In this document: piece by piece, positions 23,755-40,820 of the stretch | Position numbering within the stretch: the stretch's first letter is position 1 | How the letters are laid out: the number at the start of each line of letters is the position of its first letter | NCBI GenBank assembly: GCA_951406725.2 | Contig: OX597818.1 | Coordinates: 4,092,001-4,156,000 of the forward strand | DNA from: Octopus vulgaris | Lineage: Eukaryota | Reading direction: 5' to 3' | Length of the DNA stretch: 64,000 bases | Made by a program: the position numbers and the translations under genes | Notes under the pieces: generated by a model | Database searches by the model: none | The model's input: the letters and a program-made list of their open reading frames with translations, nothing else | Told to the model about the DNA's origin: nothing

Positions 23755-24947
23755 TCCACCAGGGTTCAGTACTCAGTCCCCTCCTATTTATCATAGTCCT
23801 CCAGGCAATTACGGAGGAATTCAAGACAGGTTGCCCCTGGGAGCTCCTCTATGCTGACGACCTTGCTCTAATTGCTGAGTCACTATCAGAACTGGAGAAG
23901 TTCCAGGTGTGGAAGGAGGGTTTAGAATCAAGGGGCCTTAGAGTCAACCTAGCTAAAACCAAAGTACTAATAAGTAGGAAGGTAGACAATCCACAAATGT
24001 CTTCAGGAAGATGGCCCTGCTCGATCTGTAGAAAAGATGTAGGTAGAAACTCTATAAGATGTACCCAGTGTAAGCTATGGACACATAAGAGGTGCAGCAA
24101 TGTCAAAGGTAGGCTAACTGGGAAGATAGTTTTTGTATGTGGCAGATGCTCGGGAGCATTAACCTCCGAAAATCTGCAGAAAACAACTTCCGTCACTTTC
24201 CAGGGGATAAAAAACTAGAAGTAGTTGATAGCTTCCGTTATCTGGGTGACCAAGTCAGTAGTGGGGGTGGGTGCGCTGAAAGTGTAACTGCTAGAATAGC
24301 CTGGGCAAAGTTTAGGGAGCTCGTACCTCTGCTGGTGACTAAAGGCCTCTCGCTTAGAGTAAAAGGCAGACTGTATGATGCATGTGTACGAACAGCCATG
24401 CTACATGGCAGTGAAACATGGGCCGTGACTGCTGAGGACATGCGTAAGCTCGTGAGGAATGAAGCCAGTATGCTCCGTTGGATGTGTAATGTCAGTGTAC
24501 ATACCCGACAGAGCATTAGTACCTTGAGAGAAATGTTGTACCTAAGAAGCATCAGTTGTGGTGTGCAAGAGAGACGATTGCGCTGGTATGGTCATGTGGC
24601 GAGACTGGATGAAGATAGGTGTGTGAGAAAGTGCCAATCCCTAGCAGTTGAGGGAACCCGTGGAAGAGGTAGACCCAGGAAAACCTGGGACGAGGTGGTG
24701 AAGCACAACCTTCGAACTTTAGGCCTCACTGAGGAAATGACCAGCGACCTTCGCCTGGCACCTGTGCAGGTGGCACGTAAAAAGCACCCACTACACTCAC
24801 GGAGTGGTTGGCGTTAGGAAGGGCATCCAGCTGTAGAAACATTGCCAGATAAGACTGGAGCCTGGTGCAGCCTTCTGGCTTCCCAGATACCCGGTCGAAC
24901 CGTCCAACCCATGCTAGCATGGAGAACGGACGTTAAACGATGATGAT
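23755..24947 (+). mobile_element. RTE LINE 3' fragment with shortened 3' UTR
   Basis: [16 protein letters not shown] and C-terminus. ORF end is joined directly to the last UTR module near 24745. (GAT)n tail. Confidence 0.93.
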
Positions 24948-25319
24948 GCACACACATACATACACAAACATGCACATATATGCATACAAACACATACATA
25001 CATTTATACACATATAAACACATCCACACATGCAAAAAACATACATACATGCATATACACCAAAGAAAATACACATATAAAAATATACACCTATGCGCAC
25101 GTATTAATGTATCCATGCACATACATATACAAGCATATATACATTTAGACATAAACATAAAATACATTCATGTGCAAGCACAAAAACATACAAGTATACA
25201 CATACAAACATACCTACTTGCAAATATATATATACACATATATAAACATGAACACAAGTGCATAAACATTCCCACACAGGGACACATACATACACATATA
25301 ACGAGTATAATAAGAACTT

Positions 25320-26560
25320 ATAAAAAATGAAAATGAGGTAATCCATAAAACTATGGTTAATGAAAAGAAATTTGGACATATATTTACAAGAAAAAACCTT
25401 TTCATCTCTCAAATTTAAGATAGAACTATTCATTTTCATAATTATATTAAACTCTTCTGGGCATAAAAGACAAGTTCTATTTCTAACTCTATAAGAAGGG
25501 CCAGAAGAAACAATATTCCAAGAAATTGAAGAAATTTATGTTATCTCATTTAAGTTGCCTTACCTTTTTGGATAAACTAGTACTACATTCTTTCCGAGGA
25601 TCATTAAAAGATGATTTATGATTATTCAAACATAATTTAAAAGGGGTCTGCATGCAACCTATATAATGAAACCTAGAGAGACCATGTGTTGTAATAGTAG
25701 CTTTATATACAACATTTTTCATTTTACGATTACCTTTAACCTCACAGGTGTTAGGGTTTCTACAGTTACAATTGTTACTAATATTAGACATACTATTGTT
25801 GTCTATATGTATTGATAGAGTTTGTGTATGGGAATCATTGGTAGAAGATACAGAGCTATTTGAATAATTGGGGTTAGTATTAGTAGTAGACGAGGTTAAG
25901 TTCTTGTAGTAAAGATTTAGTTTTCTATTAAAGAAGAAATAATTCTAATCATTGTTATTGAATATCCCAGCATACCTAGATTTACTAAAATTTGATTTAA
26001 CCTTTCATTACTGTATTTATTTTGAGATGCTCTGTGTTTCTTTCAATTACTTTAAATATAACAAAGAATTTAGTAAAATAATTTGGATATCATTAAGCTA
26101 GTGTTAGGAACATAAATTGTGACTAAGGTTTGGTGGAAGATTTTAATTCAAAACTCATGAAAACAAGACATTTGTACCCAGAGCCAGAGCCAGTTTCAGC
26201 CGGGTTGGTAACGAAAGAGTTAATAATAGAATAGACTTTATAAAATTAGACTTCAAATGTTTAGCAAAAGGAAATATCGTCCAAATGATGTTATTATTGT
26301 GTTTCTTATGCGTACGGTCGTTTTTATTAGACAGGTCACCCATTCGAATATATAGTATAGGTTTCTTTTTACCTCTCGTATTAACATTATTATTAATATT
26401 ATTGTTCTTGTTATTATTATTATTAAAAAAATATTGAACAGCATTAAAATTGGTTATGCAGTTGTGTGGGGAATTAAGACTGAAGAAATAAGAGAATTTT
26501 TTTGTGAAAAGACCTTGTTTCGTGTTAATATTTCCAGCTATTCTTTAACCCTAGGACTAA
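25320..26560 (-). mobile_element. Penelope-like retroelement remnant (GIY-YIG endonuclease)
   Basis: ORF 25546-25791 CNCRNPNTC...VVYKATI...HYIG...FK...NNHKSSF...STSLSK matches the Penelope EN signature. Confidence 0.85.
26001..26219. mobile_element. piggyBac-type MITE nested in the Penelope remnant
   Basis: ttaa|cctttcattac ... gtaacgaaagag|ttaa; TIR related to the 22378 element. Confidence 0.75.
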
Positions 26561-26569
26561 TTTTTTGTA

Positions 26570-26865
26570 AGCCTAATATTTATTCTATCGGACTCTTTTG
26601 CCGAACCTCTAAGTTACGGGGACGTAAACACACCAGCACCAGTTGTCAAGCAATGTTGGGGAAACAAACATATACTCACACATACATATATATACATATA
26701 TACGAAGGGCTTCTTTCAGATTCTGTCTACCAAATCCACTCACAAGGCTTTGGTTGGACTGAGGCTATAGTAGAAGATACTTGCCCAAGGTACCATGCAA
26801 TGGGACTGAACCCGGAACCATGTGCTTGGTAAGCACGTTACTTGCCATACAGCCACTCCTATGCT
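26570..26865 (-). mobile_element. tRNA-derived SINE
   Basis: Minus strand reads aggagtggctgtatgg...ccgggttcagtccca...ttgggcaagt (A/B boxes and core). Confidence 0.75.
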
Positions 26866-27141
26866 ATGTTAATATTTTTCTCATAATGACTGTCTGTAAC
26901 ATTACACTTGTTTATATTATTAGAAATATTGGTATTGGTAAAAAAAACTGGTTATTAATTGGTCTATAGTTGTTAAAAATCAAATTTTCCCTATTACCCC
27001 ATCTATATTCTCCCTCATAGTATTTTATTTTGTTTTCTTAAACTGTTTTGCTGTTCTTCCAAAAATTCCTCACACTGATAAGAATGACAAAGCATAAATT
27101 TAATTAGAATTGCTGATTATGATTTTTTGTTCCATATTTTG

Positions 27142-27214
27142 TTGATCAAGTGCCACGAATCAGAGGTGGATTCACAAATTAGTGTAGCTCATTCAGCAGT
27201 GGTGTCCCAGCATG
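27142..27214 (+). mobile_element. CR1 3'-end fragment running into the gap
   Basis: Near-identical to the reverse complement of 30996-31068. Confidence 0.8.
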
Positions 27215-27314
27215 NNNNNNNNNNNNNNNNNNNNNNNNNNNNNNNNNNNNNNNNNNNNNNNNNNNNNNNNNNNNNNNNNNNNNNNNNNNNNNNNNNNNNN
27301 NNNNNNNNNNNNNN
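27215..27314. other. Assembly gap (100 N)
   Basis: Run of N; both flanks end within repeats. Confidence 1.
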
Positions 27315-29277
<1,963 letters not shown>

Positions 29278-29505
29278 CATCATCATCATCATCATCGTTT
29301 AACGTCCGTTTTCCGCGCTAGCACGGGTTGGACGGTTTGACCGGGTCTGGGGAGCCAGGGCTGCCCCAGGCTCCAGTCTGATCTGGCAGTGTTTCTACAG
29401 CTGGATGCCCTTCCTAACGCCAACCACTCCGCGAGTGTAGTGGGCGCTTTTTACGTGCCACCCGCACAGGTGCCAGAGGGGTCTGGCATCGGCCACGATC
29501 GGTTA
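29278..29505 (-). mobile_element. RTE 3' UTR terminal fragment
   Basis: (CAT)n tail, terminal module and one repeat module. Confidence 0.85.
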
Positions 29506-30222
29506 TTGCCTTTTTTCGTTGCATTGCGGCAGGGGGGAGGGTTCCGGCAGAGAGAAGAGAGGGAGAGAGAGTGGGGGGGTGCATGTAATATAGGGGAGCA
29601 CCAGTGGGGAAGGTTTGGGGTAAAGAGAAACGATGACAGGTAGGGTTGGTGGCAGGTTCTAGACAGAATGAAAAGTAGGAAGTAAAACGTAGGATATCAC
29701 GAGTGGGGGAGGGGGCTGGAAGGAGATAGCCGGTTGAGGCAGTGACACATTTCAAAACAGGAGGAACATAAGATAACAGGTTAAGTGGGACGTTTGATGA
29801 GCTGCGGCGCTAGCTGCTTCTGTACAGGGGTAGAGAGGCAGGGGTAAATACATAGTGAGAAAGTATATTGAGGAGGAGGGGTAGGAGGAACAGACACACG
29901 TAGTGGTGGCGGTGGTAGAGGGGATGGTGTAAACAGAGTGTACTCCGGTATGGGTGGTGGGGGTGGGAGGGCGGGCGAACCGCGAATGGCGGGCTGCGTA
30001 GATTTTAATTGGGGACAGTAGTGATAAAGACTTAAGCAATCGGGGTTTGAAGAAATGAACAGAGTAACGAACGAATTAACTTGGTACCGAGGGGTTAAAC
30101 AAATTAAAGGGTTATATTATAAGAACAAGCAGAATTAGTGAATAGATTCGAACATTTAAGGGTTAGCGGCAAATGTATGTGTGTAGTACAAGAGTCGGAA
30201 GAAATGAAATGAGAATTCTTAG

Positions 30223-30225
30223 ATG

Positions 30226-30272
<47 letters not shown>

Positions 30273-30296
30273 CATCATCATCATCGTTTAACGTCC

Positions 30297-30364
<68 letters not shown>

Positions 30365-30475
30365 ATATATATATATATGTATGTATATATATATATATAT
30401 ATTTATGTATATATATATGTATGTATGTATATATATATATATATATGTATGTATATATATATATATATATTTATG

Positions 30476-30506
<31 letters not shown>

Positions 30507-30569
30507 GTATGTATGTATGTATATATATATATATGTATATATATATGTATATATACATATATATATATG

Positions 30570-30604
<35 letters not shown>

Positions 30605-30609
30605 GTAAG

Positions 30610-30640
<31 letters not shown>

Positions 30641-30772
30641 TAAGCATATATATATGTATGTATATATGTATGTATATATATATATGTATGTATATATATA
30701 TGTATGTATATATATATGTATGTATATATATACATATATATATGTATATATACATACATATATATATACACA
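30223..30772. repeat. Compound (TA)n/(TATG)n microsatellite containing a 28-bp RTE tail remnant near 30271
   Basis: Seen directly; atcatcatcatcatcgtttaacgtccg is embedded. Confidence 0.95.
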
Positions 30773-30973
30773 TAAGAGAACAAGATGTATGTTACGCCGC
30801 AATAATATATGTATAAAAAATATATATAAAAATACAAAATGGGACAAGAACGCAAAACACTCAAAGACACAACACAAAAAACGGACAGGCCATTCAAAGC
30901 CTCTAATCTTTAGTCAAGAACCGGATCATCCTCGCAATTTCGGCTGCACACATATATATATATCCTTAAAAAT

Positions 30974-33900
30974 GTTTCAGCTTGAAGGCTGCGCCCATGC
31001 TGGGGCACCACCGCTGAATGAGCTACACTAATATGTGAATCCACCTCTGATACGTGGCACTTGGTCAACAGGGGAGTTCGATGCCTTTGCCCGCATCTGT
31101 CTCTCCTGTCGTGAGGTAGGTTCATCTGGGACCCCCGACAAGAAGAGATCCAGTTTAGTTTTAAAGAAACCCACATCTACACCATGCAAGTCTCTCAGGC
31201 ATTTAGGGAGGATGTTGAAGAGCTGTGGTCCTCTGAAACCCAAGCTGTTTCAGTATCTGGTCCTGTATTTTGATGGTGATGTTGGAATCTTTGACACCAT
31301 GCAGTGGCGCCCCGTTCTGCGGTTGGGGTAACTTTGAATGCCAAAGTTTGGGACAAGAACCTCCAGGATTTTTCAGATGTATATCACAGCAATTCTCTTC
31401 CGCCTTCGCTTTAGGGAGAAGAGTTTTAATACTTTCAGTCTTTCCCTGTAGCTGATATGTTGCATTGAGACGATCTTCTTTGTTTAGCTTCTCTGAATTG
31501 CTTCGAGTTCTGCTGTTAGTTTTATACTGTGTGGTGACCACAGTTGGGAGCAGTAGTCCAAGCAGCTGAGGACGAAAGTTTTCCACAGGACCATCAGTGT
31601 CTCTTCTTTCTTGTTCTAAAAGTTCGAAGAATCCATCCAGCTAGCCGTCTGCATTTTATCACCAAATTAGTAATATGCACTTGGAAAGATGCATCATTGC
31701 TCATGTCAATGCCCAGGTCATGCACTGATTTTGACTCAGGGATTGCAATTCTTCCTGGGCCGGTGTATCCAGTCTGCATGTTGTTTACCTTTGTGTGCCG
31801 GTAGCGCAGGGCCTGGAACTTCCCTGCATTAAACTGCATGTTGTTGTCCTCAGCCCACCTGTATATTGCATCCAACTGCCATTGCAGATGTGCAATATTT
31901 CCAGGGTTTTGTATTGTGTGGGAGACTTTTGTGTCATCTGCATAGCTAGCAAGGGTGGCCATCTTAGCAACTGAGGGCATGTCTGAAAGGGCCACTATGA
32001 ACAGCAGTGGCCCCAAGACAGTGCCCTGTGGAACACCACTTGTTATTTGTATTTCCTTGGAGGTGGCTCTATTGGTCACAACTGCCTGCCTTCTATCTTT
32101 TAGGAAGTTGTGCAGCCACTCTCCAAGTTTTCCACCTATGCCGAGACCACACAGTTTGTGACAAATCATACCATGGTCGACTTTATCAAAGGCTTTTGCA
32201 AAGTCGAGATATATCACATCCACATTTGAGCCATTTAGTAGCTGTTTTAATACCCAGTCATAGTGTTGCAGGAGCTGTGTTAGGCAGCTTCTACCTGGTC
32301 GAAATCCATGCTGGGTGTCAGTCAGCAAGTCATTTTCTTCAAGGAACATGATTAGTTTCTTGCGGACTATTTGTTCCATGACTTTGCCCATGTGTGAGGT
32401 CAGAGAGATAGGCCTATAATTTTTAGCATCTGCTCTGCTTCCTCCCTTATGGATAGGGCATATTACCCCCTCTTTCAATTTGACTGGGAGCTTACCACTT
32501 GCAAGAAAGCTCTGAAAAAGAAGCTGTAGCAGTTTTGCAAGGGCTCGTTTGCACGATTTGAGAAGGATCGCTGGAAATCCATCAGGTCCAGCAGCTGAGT
32601 TTGTGTCAATCTCATCTATGGCAGTGTGATATCATCATCTTCAATGTTGATGTACTCAATTTTTGCCTCTTTGGCTACAGGTAAAGTGGCAAAGAATTCT
32701 TCTGGGTTGTTTACTTGCCTGTGTCCTAGAGGTGTAGTGAACACACTTTGGAACTGTTCGTTCAGTATTTCACTTATCCTCGTGGGATTTCCTGTGAGGG
32801 AGCCATCTTTTTGGAAGAGAGGTCCTATTCTCTGGTGCACTGTGGCTGTCTCTTTGGCAAACTTAAAGAAAGCTTTAGGGTTTGACTTTATATTTTCTAT
32901 TACCCAAGCTTCTTTATCTGCTCTCTCCTTTTCATGAGACTGATGCAGACTTTTCTCAATTTCCATTAGCATTCTCTCGAGCTGAGACTTCTCACCACTT
33001 TTGGTGTGCTTGCTCAGGCGGTTCGCAATCCTTGTCCGTCGTCTAAGAATCTTCCTTTCTCTAGGGATCCTGTTTTTGTTTTTGTGTGTGCTGGCCCTGC
33101 ACACTGGGACATATTTGTCACATATGGCTTGTATTATGGACATGAAGCATTTGTGTTTCATGTCAATGTCCGGTGTGGAGAGACATTTAGGCCAATCCTG
33201 TTTGAGGATCTCTTTCTCGATCAACTTCCAATTTGCTTTATGAAAGTTTAAGTTGTAGACATTGTGGATGCTTCGTATAGGCTGTGTGTCTGCGGGGGCT
33301 TTTGGTCCATACATAGACAGCTCTATTATGTTGTGATCCGAGATCATTGTCGGCATCACTTTAACATTATGGATAATATCCATATTGTTTGTGAAGCAGA
33401 GATCCAGTATATTATCTGCCCTTGTTGGTTGCAGCACTATTTGCTCCATAAAAGAGGCATTTGTGAGATGGAGCAGGGACTCTGCCTGTACCTGCTGATG
33501 GTGTGTCATCCCTGGGAGCATCTGCCTCCCAGGCCATTCCACATTGGGGAAGTTAAAGTCACCCATGAAGAATACACTGTTGTGTTGTTCCAGGTTGGTG
33601 AGAACTTCTATTTTTGTTAGGTAGTCTTCAAACATGCCTGTGTGATTTGGGGCATCCGGTGGGTGATATGTAGTACATATGACGATATTGCATGCCATAA
33701 GGTCTCTCAAGAATGAGATTTTCCTTTTACAGTTGCCGCGCAGCAACCCTCCTACGTTCAGTAGAAATATTTTTGTGGTGTGTGTGTTGGTGTCTGTGGT
33801 GGCCCATACTCAACTGTTGGTGGTGGCCTTATGTGGTGGTAGTTCCAGCTTTGTGTTTGTAGCCAGGTAGGCTGCTGGACAATTTTTTGTGCCATGCACA

Positions 33901-35568
33901 AAAAAGATTGCTGTTCAGCTGCTGCCCTTCTCACATCTGGGTGAAGCTGGCCATTTGTTGGGCTATGCAGTATCTTTTTTGGACCGCGCACTACATCCGC
34001 ATATCGTCTTTCAGGAGTGGTCAGTTCGCCATTTTTCTTTTTCTTTTTGTTCGCAAGGAAGGAATTTTTGTCTTGTGTCCATGTGGTTTTGGCAGGGCTT
34101 CTGATGTGCAAAACGACAGTTTGCACCATCAACGCCATGCCAGCAGTCTCCCTTCAGGTAGAATTTGCAGATGTTTCTACTTTTGCCCTTGTAGATCTTG
34201 CTGGGGTTCTTCTGTTTTTTCCGAACAGTGTTTGTTTTAGTTTTCTTGTCTTTTACCTCTTGTTTTTGGTCGATTTTAGGGTGCTTTCCTTTTTTTGCGG
34301 ACATCGCACCCCTTTGGTCTTCAGTTGTGTTGGGAGCTGGACATGCATCATTGTTCCCCTTGGTTGCAAGTTTCTCGGTTGTGTCTTTTGTTGGGTCCTG
34401 GATGCTTTCTTCATCCTTCTGGTCATCCCTGGTGCAGTCACCTCCTAGGATGATGTCCAGAGTGTCCATGTGTTGCCTGATTAGAGCGTATGAACGGAGG
34501 AATTCTTGTTTCTTTCACTCTATCTGGGCGGTGGTCCAGGAGAAATCATTGCTCTTAAGCGCCGCTGCAATGATGTTGTTTGGCAAGTCACCCTCGGCAA
34601 TCTTCCAGGTGCAGACGAACAATTGCAACTCCCTCGCAGACCAGTTCCTTGACATCTTCACCTGAGATACAGTGAGAGTGAAATAGAGGAACAGAAAGAG
34701 AAGGAAAGATAAGATGGTTGACCTGAAAGGGAGAGGAGAGAAGAGAAGAGAACTGGTGGCAGATCAGCCGGGGGGGGGATAGAGAGACAAGGGGATTGAC
34801 CTGAGAGAAGAGAAAGAATGGCAGGTCAGCAGGGGGAGAGTGAGCGGGATAGGGGTGTGGTAGAGAGAAAGAAGTAAAGGGACAGGGATGAAGAGACAAG
34901 GGGATGGACCTTAGGGGGAGCAGGGAGAAGAAAGGCAGAGAGAAAAAATGGAGAGGGAGAGAGAGGGCGGGATAGAGGTACAAGAGAGTGAAATAAAGGG
35001 ACAGAGAGGGTGGTGTGGAGAAAGGAGACAGAGAGAGGAAAAGAGAGACAAGGGGGTGAACCTTGGAGGGAGCAGAAAGAGGAAAGGTAGGGAGAAAAAG
35101 GGGAGAAGGAGAGAGGGGCAGGATAGAGATGTAAGAGAGTGTAGTAAAGGGACAGAGAGGGTGGTGTAGAGAAAGAAGGGGACAGGAGGAAAAGAGAGAA
35201 AGGGGTTTGACCTGAAGAGTGGAGAGAGAGTAAAAGAGAGGGAGAGAGAAGGCGGGATAGAGATACAAGACAGAATGAGTGAAGTAGAGGAACAGAGAGG
35301 GGGGTGAGATGTGAGAAAGTTGATCTGAGAGAAAGCGTGGGGTGGTGGAGATGCAGAAAGAGAAACGAGTGGAAGTTCAGCAGATGATGGCAGAGAGAGA
35401 GAGAGATAAGAGAGCGGAATAGAGGGTCTGAGGGAGGGAGAGACAGATAAGGAGGGGAGAATTGTAAGACAGAGATAGAAAGAGTAAGGCAGGTTACACA
35501 GATAGTCAGGATTGAGTAGAAAATACACTGTATCACGGACGAATTTATATACAAACAGACACGCGCGT
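30974..35568 (-). mobile_element. Apparently full-length CR1-type LINE (pyrimidine-rich 5' UTR, ORF1 with CCCH zinc finger, EN+RT ORF2), inactivated
   Basis: ORF1 runs from ATG 34655 with CKFYLKGDCWHGVDGANCRFAH. ORF2 pieces carry GDFN, LDLCFTN, SDHN, NYRPISLTS, QHGFR, YLDFAKAFDKV, GVPQG, YADD. Candidate TSD TTAAAAAT at 30966-73 and 35569-76. Confidence 0.92.
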
Positions 35569-35569
35569 T

Positions 35570-36150
35570 TAAAAATAAAAATAGCGTAATCTATAATCGC
35601 GATTATATCTATGGATTATTAGGCGATCTTAGAACCGTAAGATCGCCGATTATTAATAATAATAAATAATATTTTTTTCTTACCTTCTGGTTGAGAGAAC
35701 ACTTACCTTCACTCTGTTTTAGAAGAAAGAAAGATATAAAAGACAGACCCTCGATATTCCCGTATTCTTTACTTGCATTTTGTAAACAAAAGAAAAGAAT
35801 AGAAATCCGATGTTCGTAGATGCAATATTTTATGGTTTGTTTTCGTGTTTTGATCAGCTTGTGAATTTAATATTTGAGCGATTCGATATCAGGAAGTAAC
35901 TTTTCAGAGGTTTTCAAACACGTGGCTTTAGCACATGTGTTCGGTTCTTTGCGAGGTATGTTTTAGTTGCATATACTACATCAAAAGCGAAAATATTCTT
36001 CTCAAATACAGTGTCTTGTCGTACTTTCACTTATATTTGCTTTACAGACAAAATTCACTTTTGATAACATCGATCTCTTGAAGGTTCTTCTAAACTTTCG
36101 AAGAGGTATATTTACTCGACTTGTTAGTTTGGCGCCATCTTGGATATGTA
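35570..36150. promoter_or_regulatory. CpG-retaining promoter-like island with splice donors on both strands
   Basis: AGGAAGT near 35891, CACGTG near 35919, YY1-like CGCCATCTT near 36133. Minus-strand donors AAG|gtaagt (35706) and AAG|gtaaga (35683); plus-strand GAG|gtatgt near 35956. Confidence 0.4.
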
Positions 36151-36871
36151 TATATATATATATATATAATGTATATATTTATATATATATATAAATGTAT
36201 ATATTTTTTTGTTTCAGAAAGGTCTCATAGTCTTCCTTATTCGTTATGCATAGCTGTCTCTTTTACGTATCTGTGTAGGCTGCCATTTCCACCAATCAAG
36301 TTTCCTTCTTCCTGTTACTGACTTATATAAACCTTTCAGTACGGGCAGTGGCCTTCAATTTACACTACTTTCTGTTATCTACGTATAACATCAGGCTCAG
36401 TTAAATGTTCCTTTTCTTCACCTTAACTGTACATCATTTATCTATTTGTGTTTCTAGCTCATAAAGTACGAAACACCTGTAATTTAATTTAAGCTAATGT
36501 TGATAATTGTAATTTTTGCCACTCATCAGATATGCACTATGGCCTTTGACCCCCTCACTCACTTGAATTTTTATCTTTCCTCCCTAATTTCTATATTTCC
36601 TCTGTCTTTTTATTTCAGGAAGGAGCAATCTTACTGCCTTCTTATTTGCAATGCGCCTACCCACTCACACCTTTACCAACTATACTGGAAATCTCTCCTC
36701 TGTACCACAAGGCTCTCATACCCCCCCATCCACCCACCCACCAGTAGTCTCACCCACATTACTGCATGCATCAAAAGGAGACTACATTACTTTTCAGTCA
36801 ATTAACAAACCACCTATTTCCGTTATCTCTTCTTATAATGAATTAACCATAATGAATTCTTATAATGAATT

Positions 36872-37035
36872 TAAGGTGGCGAGCTGGCAGAAACGTTAGC
36901 AGTTATGTTCTAGGTTCAAATTCCACTGAGGTCAACTTTGCTTTTCATCCTTTTGGGGTTGATAAATTAAGTAACAGTTACGCAGTCCGTGTTTGTCCCC
37001 TCTGTGTTTAGCCCCTTGTGGGTAGTAAAGAAATA
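36872..37035 (+). mobile_element. tRNA-derived SINE with Nin/Deu-like central domain
   Basis: ggtggcgagctggcagaa...ggttcaaattcc head followed by gcttttcatccttttggggttgataaattaagta. Confidence 0.6.
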
Positions 37036-37249
37036 TATAATGATTTAACCAATTAGCTGTTTTACTTATTTTAATTATCCATTTATGTTTGTATATCAAT
37101 ACTGCTTATGTTAACGATGCTTGTATTGCAATCACTTCCAATAGAGGCAGCAATTTTAACATGAATGAATGATGGTAGATTAATGCAAGAACAACTGATA
37201 GGACATGTCTGTTATCAAACACTGAGTGAAACCTTTTTTTTTCAGATGC

Positions 37250-39665
<2,416 letters not shown>

Positions 39666-39922
39666 ACTGAAGTTTATAGTAAAAGCATATGCCTAAGGTG
39701 TTGTGCAGCAGTAGAACCAAATCCAGGACCACCAATTAATGACAATTTTTTTTGATAATAAAAGAAAAAATTTTCATATTGTATAGTGTGTAAAGAAAAA
39801 CAACTTGCCATGTACAGAAAATTTCCAAGTATAAAATTAAGTTTTAAAAATTAATAAAGTAACTTTACTAAATACATCAATGACATTGTAAATTTTAGCT
39901 TTTTTGAACTGGCATTACATCA

Positions 39923-40045
<123 letters not shown>

Positions 40046-40820
40046 TCAGAAGATAAATAAGTCTTCATATATTTTTATCAGATGACTTGGCTAATCTATC
40101 AGATCATGTCTGTGCTAAAAAGAACAGAACCGTTATGAATAATCTCATTTTCTTTTACTGGTTTCAGTAAACATAAACAGCAGAGTTTTTTTTTCCTTTG
40201 ATGTAAACAAATACGGACTCATAAAAAACATACATCATCATTTTCAAAATCTTTTAACATTCATCCTCCATGCAGTTTGAAAGGATCTGACATGTCTAAG
40301 TACCATATCAGCTGCTTTGGCATCGCTTCTATGGATGAATGCCCTTCCAAACACCAACACTTCATAGTGGTATTAGGTACTTTTTTCCATGAAGCTGCCA
40401 TATAGCTTGCAAAAAAAAAAAAACAATTTGACTGAGTAGAAGTAAAGTAGAGAGGGAGGTGGCTGTATGCAAGGAAATAAGCAGTTAAAGTATGAGAGAA
40501 GGAGCCAGAATAAGTTTTTTGCTTCATAGGGACTACATGGGTATTTAAAGTTATAGAAGAATAGGTGGGAGTAATCAGAGTGGGGCTGGGGAAAAAATAG
40601 ATAAAATAGTAGTGTTGAGGATACAAAGTTAAGAAAACCCCCAGGTCCATCAGAACTTGCCACTAAGATGTTTAAAATGCTTGGTGGAGTAGGATACAAC
40701 CAAATCACCCACATCATTTATCTGGTTGTACAGGGTGTCATACCCAATGACTGGTATAGCAGCATTATGGTTAACTGCTGCAAAGGTAAAAGGAAATAGT
40801 ATTACAGAAGTATCAAATTA

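Noticed and set aside
29515-30222. Purine-rich segment, possibly the 3' end of another non-LTR element
   Set aside because: No diagnostic motif recognisable by eye.
34588-35554. 200-240 aa Leu/Ser/Pro-rich ORFs
   Set aside because: Stop-poor CT-rich 5' UTR of the CR1 element.
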